DNA of 64,000 nt. It comes from Phoronis australis. Its lineage: Eukaryota > Animalia > Phoronida. Position 1 is the stretch's first letter, and each line of letters starts with the position of its first letter. The notes beneath the pieces are model-generated. The model was given only the letters and a program-made list of their open reading frames with translations. It made no database searches and was not told where the DNA came from. The DNA is taken from contig NMRA01000719.1 in the NCBI GenBank assembly GCA_002633005.1, positions 119,466 to 183,465 on the forward strand, in the 5' to 3' direction. Positions 58,701 to 64,000 of this stretch are shown piece after piece. A program made the translations under genes and the position numbers.

Positions 58701-61700
58701 CCCTGCACACAGGATAGAGCAAAGGTGAACACTGGGATGTGAAACAAAACTACAGTAACTAGCGGTGAATGAACAGGTGTTCTCACTAACAGGGGTCTTT
58801 TCTCATGTGCTGTATTACTGCTTATAAACATTTATTTCGACATGAACCGTAGCTGTATCCAGTAATAGTATGCGTGTAGATTTGATCTAAGCATGTGGCA
58901 CTACGTGAGGCCATTATTGCAACAATAGGTGTTTTAATTTGAACGTTATTGTCTTTGACATTGAAAGTTACTGAAAACAGGCACATATGAGATTTATGTT
59001 AAAATATACAAAATAGGGCAGCACTCTACACAGGTGAAAATTTCCACTCGAAAATACAAATGATGGCATATTTGCACTCGTATTTTCCGAATTTGAAAGA
59101 AAATTTTGGACAGGTTTTTCAATTTTTTGAGTTAGTTAGGGAGCATCTATATAACATCTGCGTCGGCAACAAGCCTTATGGATATGGGAAATCTTTTGAA
59201 TTTAGAATCAGTTTACTTCAGTTTCAAAGGTCATGTATTACCAGAGCGACTCTCTGCCTCAGCAGTTAATCGGCCGCACCTCAATTTTCAGGCTTGCCAG
59301 GGAATTATTGCCCTCAAATTGAATGTTTAAATTGCAATTATTAAGATTAAGAGCATGTGCAATCTTACAAAACAGGTCATGGAGAACGATCGCCGGGTCC
59401 ACAGTCGGAGATCAACTACTGGCAACTGCAGCAATAAAAAAAAACGTCTGCTCAGTGCCTGTATGAGTTCTAAGGGTGAGGTGAATTTTCCACTCGTATT
59501 TTTGAGCATTTACTTGCTTGTCAAGCCCTGCAGCACTACAAAGAAACATGTCAACTCATTGCTCTAAGGGCAGGCGTCACGCGAGTCTCACATGGCTCGA
59601 CTAGTTTGCGGTTTCTACGCCATCCTCCATTTTTGAGTATCACAAAAGATCTGTAACAAATCCCACAGCCCACCCACCACCGTCTCACCAGCTCTCCTGC
59701 GAAGTTTCTTCTTGGGTGTGCCCTTCTTCAGACCTGATGACCTCCCATTCTTCCTCAGGACCACATCCAACAAGTTATCAGAACTCAGGTCACCCTCATT
59801 CTCTTTATTACTACCTTCATCGTGTTCTGTCGGTGTACTCGCACGTATCAACACACCGTAGCGATGGAGGAAATCCGAGTACTTTATCCTGAAAGATTGA
59901 GACAGCCACTGTAGAAATATGATAGCCTCCGACCACCAAACTTCACTCGAGACGTGACAATTTGACCACTCGCACAGCAAGATCCAAATAAACTTTCTAA
60001 CTTCGTGCGACATGATTTCTCAGTTTTTGAGTTTGGTGGTCATGTGCCATTATTTTTACAAACCATAATTAATTTTCTGCATGTCGTTGCCAACCACAGT
60101 ATACTGCTTGAATGTACAAAATATGGTAGACAGACTTCACTGGCAAAATCAATAAAATTAAAATGATAGAAATCTAAATGCATCAGACATAAGAATGTTG
60201 TTCCTTCTTGTATAGATAATAATATTCACATTTTAGGCATGTCGCCATGACAACCATGACTGTTCAGGCAATTCGGTCTAACTGAATGTTAAAATGCAAT
60301 CATCATTTACATCAACAATAGAATTATTCTGCGTCACTTGCTTTTCTAAATGTATTTGAAGGCTTCAGTCACTCTAGTCAGCCAGCTAGCTGTATGAAGA
60401 CTATCGTCAAAATACAGCTAGGTGTGTGTTGAGTTCAGTTAGACCCCAAAATTTCACACGGCCCGGATGGTTCTGGTTGTCACCTCGTCGTGAAACTTAT
60501 ATTAACATGTAGAGCCAACGACCAACGGAGGTGCATGCAAAATCTGTGAGTCATCCGACACTCAGCTTGCCTGTTACTGCCGTTTAAGTGAAAACACTTG
60601 ACACAAAAAATTATCCATAAGTGATGCTATATTTTATGGTGCCAAAAGCCAACGCGTAAGATCGCTCCACGCCAATGTTTTTAACACCGGTAAATAATTT
60701 AATTTACTCAAGGAAGAGTGTAGTTTTCAATGACACAAGTTTTTTGTCAGATTTTATTTGGTCAGTTTTTTATCCACATTGACGCAAAGCTGTATAGTTA
60801 GTATACAGCATTGTACTGAGGCCAGTCTTATAATTTTTCTAAAAAATAATTGCAGGCGGTCTGATACACGTTGTACCAGACGTGCGCAGACCTCGCATGT
60901 GGGCCCATTGCACTGATCACCTGGAAATATTTTTATGCTTTATTAATATGTGGTTAAAACCGAGCTGAGGAGCTAGAAACCTGGCTCAAGGGTTTAGCAG
61001 TGTGACATGGTGGGATTCGAGCCCACGACCTCGAGGAAAGAAAGCGGGTACTTATCAACCAGACCACACTGCCTCCTCTATAATTTTTCTTACTTTATGA
61101 AGACTTATGATTTGAGCCGAGAAGCTAACTGTTCATTTTCAAGAAACAATTATAGATATTTCCAAACTAGAAAACAGAAAATCTTCCCGGCTGAGGAAAA
61201 ATAATCCACACAGTACAAGATAATCTAAGTGAGAGAGCACACAGGCAATCTTTTCCATGAGTCGTCTACATACCTAGCTGGATAGGCTTGTCGACCAATT
61301 TCCACAGTTTCTGTAACGCCGCATGCTTTCAGCTGAGACATGACGTATTCATCATCAAACCAGTCTGGTTGTGACTTGGTGTTGGGTTTGATACATCGTA
61401 CATAGTGTGCCGTAGTGTTGCTCAGAGTAGACATCAACTGGTCCATACAGCTCTGTATTAAATACAATAGGGTCAGAGGTTACACAGCAAATGACTGCAA
61501 TTCTGTATGAATAGTGCCTTCATGCAGTTTGATAAACAATCCAAAGAAAACTATATGTTACAGATGCGATCGCGTGTCCTTGACGAGTACTCAAACAAAA
61601 CAGAAGACACCCAAATGCAAGCTGAGCTTTTGATATACTAAATGGACATTATCTTTTTGTGGCGTTATCAATATATATCTGTAAGTTATTAGCTTTGACC

Positions 61701-63269
61701 AAAGCTATAAAACTCCAAAATCCATTGTGTTATCATTATTTGATTACAAGTTTCCATTTCTCGTCGTAGTCTGCCAGACATTCGCTGAAATCAAAACCGG
61801 TTACTTATACTATACATTTAAAACACTCTGCTCATTATTGCGTGAGTTTTGGCTAAGCCGTAGAGCCTTTGGCTGCTACTGTGTGTTAGAGTAAAATGCA
61901 TTCCATTTATTACTTTTCTCGTCGAGAATGTCCCTTTAAACTGAGAGACATGCTGTTGATGAGAAGACAACTGTTGCAAAATACCAACAGATCACTGCTA
62001 ACAGTATACATACCATACAACACACGCACAAGCAATCTCAGGAGCTGTAAATACATTAACCTGTAGGTCGACTTTTGCTGCAGTGAAATACCGTCTTCCC
62101 ATACTGACCAATGAAATGCAGCAGTGCCAGCAGGTAAAGGTAGACATGATAAGCAAAATGTCTACATCACAGGCTCACCACAATATATAACAGTCTACCT
62201 TGTGTTCTAATTTACCCATTAAATTCTAGTGACATGCCAAATGGATCGGTTACACTTATCAAAATTCCATTACATTTGGAAGACAACGCAGCTCTCTTTG
62301 TAAGCAACTTGTTACCTTGGAAATATGTTGCTATAGTTTCAAATTGCCATTTTCACACAATTTCCTAATTGTGCAACTTAGACTAGAGGTCATCAATGTT
62401 TCCTGAAAAAAATCACAATTTATTTTTTTGCATAACCTTATTGATCTAACACCAATTCACAACTTTTGATCTAAACAAATTGTTTCGAAGTATTCACAAC
62501 TCACTTTAAACTTTGATAAAACGGTCTTTTTCTTGCGCCCCGGTTGTTCCAGTGCGATGTTTGAGAACAGCCCGGCCACAAATGGGTTTGTACTGGAAGT
62601 CAACAAATCCACAAGTTCGGTGGGCACATTGTCTTTGTTCTTATCAAGCACACCTTCGATACTGTATTGCACAAGCTCAGCATAATGGGTAATGACAAAC
62701 GATACATGGCTGAGGGCAGGCTTTGACTTGCAGAGGCAAGCGTTAGACTGGAGTGTGGAGGTCACTCGGTGCACCAAGTTGTCGTCGGAGGATGGCCGGT
62801 TCAACTGGCACTCCTAGAGAAGACGTTTAAGTGAATCAATGATCGCCATCTATTTTAACAGCATTACCAATTAATAGAAATGTTCAGTGATATTAATGTG
62901 AAGCAAGGACTTGAGGGTTTTGGCTTTGGTCTTTTGTCATAACGATCACGCTTTGGCCTCAAGTAGAAGTCAGTCAAAGACTACATTTACAGGTGGAAAT
63001 GAAGTAATTGTAAAAAAGCTACAGACCAAAAATTTCTAACATTTGACTGTATGATGCAGGCATATCCAACACGCGTGACATCTTAAAACAACTGCAGGTC
63101 TGTACGTGTAGCAAAACACATATACATCAAAAACATTAATCAAGGAACGCAATTTTACTTCATTCAGCAGCGCAAATATTCCAGGGGTTCCCTCCAGCAG
63201 CTCTAGACACGGTCGATTGTCAACAAAAGATGTATATGACCAAGGAATACCTTCTCTGTCATAGTCTTC
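55646..63269 (-). CDS. MYO19: Unconventional myosin XIX, 3' eight exons (gene starts beyond window end)
   Basis: Exons 63159-63269, 62505-62813, 61274-61452, 59689-59888, 58572-58702, 57835-57970, 56416-56975, 55646-55789 splice in frame (1770 nt, TAG at 55646). They encode motor motifs EGIPW, LLNEEC, FVITHYA, HYVRCIKPN, QLKACGV, GRTKIFLR, three IQ-like motifs (IQCAWRRY, LQAAFRKW, IERGYMAY) and a short tail ending GKVRFH, resembling the MYO19 mitochondria-binding tail. Confidence 0.88.
56416..56975 (-). CDS. MYO19: MYO19 exon (IQ motifs and tail)
   Basis: Overlaps ORF 56362-56934; tttccag acceptor, GAG|GTAAAT donor, in phase. Confidence 0.85.
57142..57298. mobile_element. Second copy of the Harbinger-like MITE
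   Basis: GGCCCGTTCCAAGAAACTGACTTAAG...TTTTCTTGGAA, homologous (inverted) to the host parts of 6224-8045. Confidence 0.65.
57835..57970 (-). CDS. MYO19: MYO19 exon (IQ motifs: IQCAWRRY)
   Basis: LEMLESAR..IQCAWRRY; atttcag acceptor and GTAATA donor. Confidence 0.9.
58572..58702 (-). CDS. MYO19: MYO19 exon (…MGRTKIFLRDGQ)
   Basis: GRTKIFLR converter motif, tgtgcag acceptor and GTAATG donor. Confidence 0.9.
59689..59888 (-). CDS. MYO19: MYO19 exon (IKYSDFLHRYGVL...LRRRA)
   Basis: F..RY converter-region motif, ctttcag acceptor and GTGAGA donor. Confidence 0.88.
60965..61075 (-). mobile_element. tRNA-derived SINE head fragment
   Basis: Minus strand GGCAGTGTGGTCTGGTTGATAAG (A box) ... GGGCTCGAATCCC (B box) followed by CCCTTGAGC; does not fold as a complete tRNA. 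Confidence 0.6.
61274..61452 (-). CDS. MYO19: MYO19 exon (SCMDQLMSTL...HYVRCIKPN...AYPAR)
   Basis: Myosin motor sequence, atacag acceptor and GTATGT donor. Confidence 0.94.
62505..62813 (-). CDS. MYO19: MYO19 exon (ECQLNR...FVITHYAELVQY...TVLSKFK)
   Basis: Myosin motor sequence, ctctag acceptor and GTGAGT donor. Confidence 0.93.
63159..63269 (-). CDS. MYO19: MYO19 exon (EDYDREGIPWSY...GIFALLNE)
   Basis: Myosin motor sequence, ttttcag acceptor and GTAAAA donor. Confidence 0.92.
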
Positions 63270-64000
63270 CTGAAAAAAAGGCAAACTGAAAATGAGAAAA
63301 ATACATAGAATTGTTTTCATCATAGAGTCAAAAATTTTGATCTTTTGAAGAGGGCATGTAGAAATTTTGAGACAAAAAGATTTCATTGGCTGTATTGTAC
63401 ATGTGAGCTTAACCGGCTATGAAAAGAATATTTTAAGACCGATTTTATAAAAATCAGGGGCCCAATTCTAACTAATCATAGCGAAATGAGGCTTTAAGAT
63501 TTGACGAGATGTAAAACAAATAAACCGGCTATATGGTGAAACCACAAGACTTGAAATACGTAGAGTTGCTTGTAAATATGGCCGTTCTGAAAAAGGGCCA
63601 CCCCTCCCCCCCGTCTCCGCCACCAATGATCGCCCGACGTCCATAACCTTAGATAAAGAAAGTGATGCAGCTAGCTCAAGTACGTTTCACTAATAATTAC
63701 TTAAGGCTTAAACCAAAACATAGAACTACGTGATGAACTTGTTAGCACGTTACGGTTTAACAATAAATTGTACTAAGTTTGTGTGTGTATTGACAAATTA
63801 TGAGTTATATTCTCAGTGACTTCATACGTTGCTGAAGACACTTGAATTATTTTTGAAAATAGCTGGGTAGAATTTATGACAGGTCTCTAATCTCAAAAAT
63901 GCATTTTGTCTGTGAAAACGAAAATGTCCCTTTGAAACTTTTACGTTTTTGCCTACGTTTGAGCAAAATTTATAGTTGCGCATGTAAATTCGACACGTGT

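Noticed and set aside
60965-61075. tRNA gene
   Set aside because: A and B boxes are present but the acceptor and anticodon arms do not form a cloverleaf, and SINE-like body sequence follows.

Overview
Eukaryotic, AT-rich, repeat-dense genomic DNA that looks like an invertebrate animal (organism not identifiable from sequence alone). It has one N gap (3953-4276) and a single N at 8594. Three protein-coding genes can be read. (1) A complete 16-exon pescadillo/PES1 gene on + (6072-52321, 607 aa when spliced by hand, all introns GT-AG and phase-consistent). (2) A class A GPCR with an uninterrupted ORF on - (32468-33505), nested antisense in the 20.7 kb PES1 intron 3. (3) The last eight exons of myosin XIX (MYO19) on - (55646-63269), convergent with PES1 and starting beyond the window. 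Introns are packed with transposon debris: a Merlin/IS1595-like DDE element with very long TIRs, a decayed hAT element plus its MITE, pogo-like and Harbinger-like MITEs, a Penelope-like retroelement with a minimal hammerhead ribozyme, a tRNA-derived SINE, and minisatellites. The most unusual structure is 1-1150: an inverted, decayed copy fusing PES1 intron 2/exon 3 to a MYO19 exon. This is the head-to-tail junction expected if the ~45 kb segment 16.66-61.5 kb had been circularised or tandemly duplicated. Also notable is a perfect 38-bp array that multiplies the branch-point region of a PES1 intron. No prokaryote-type system (CRISPR etc.) is present.
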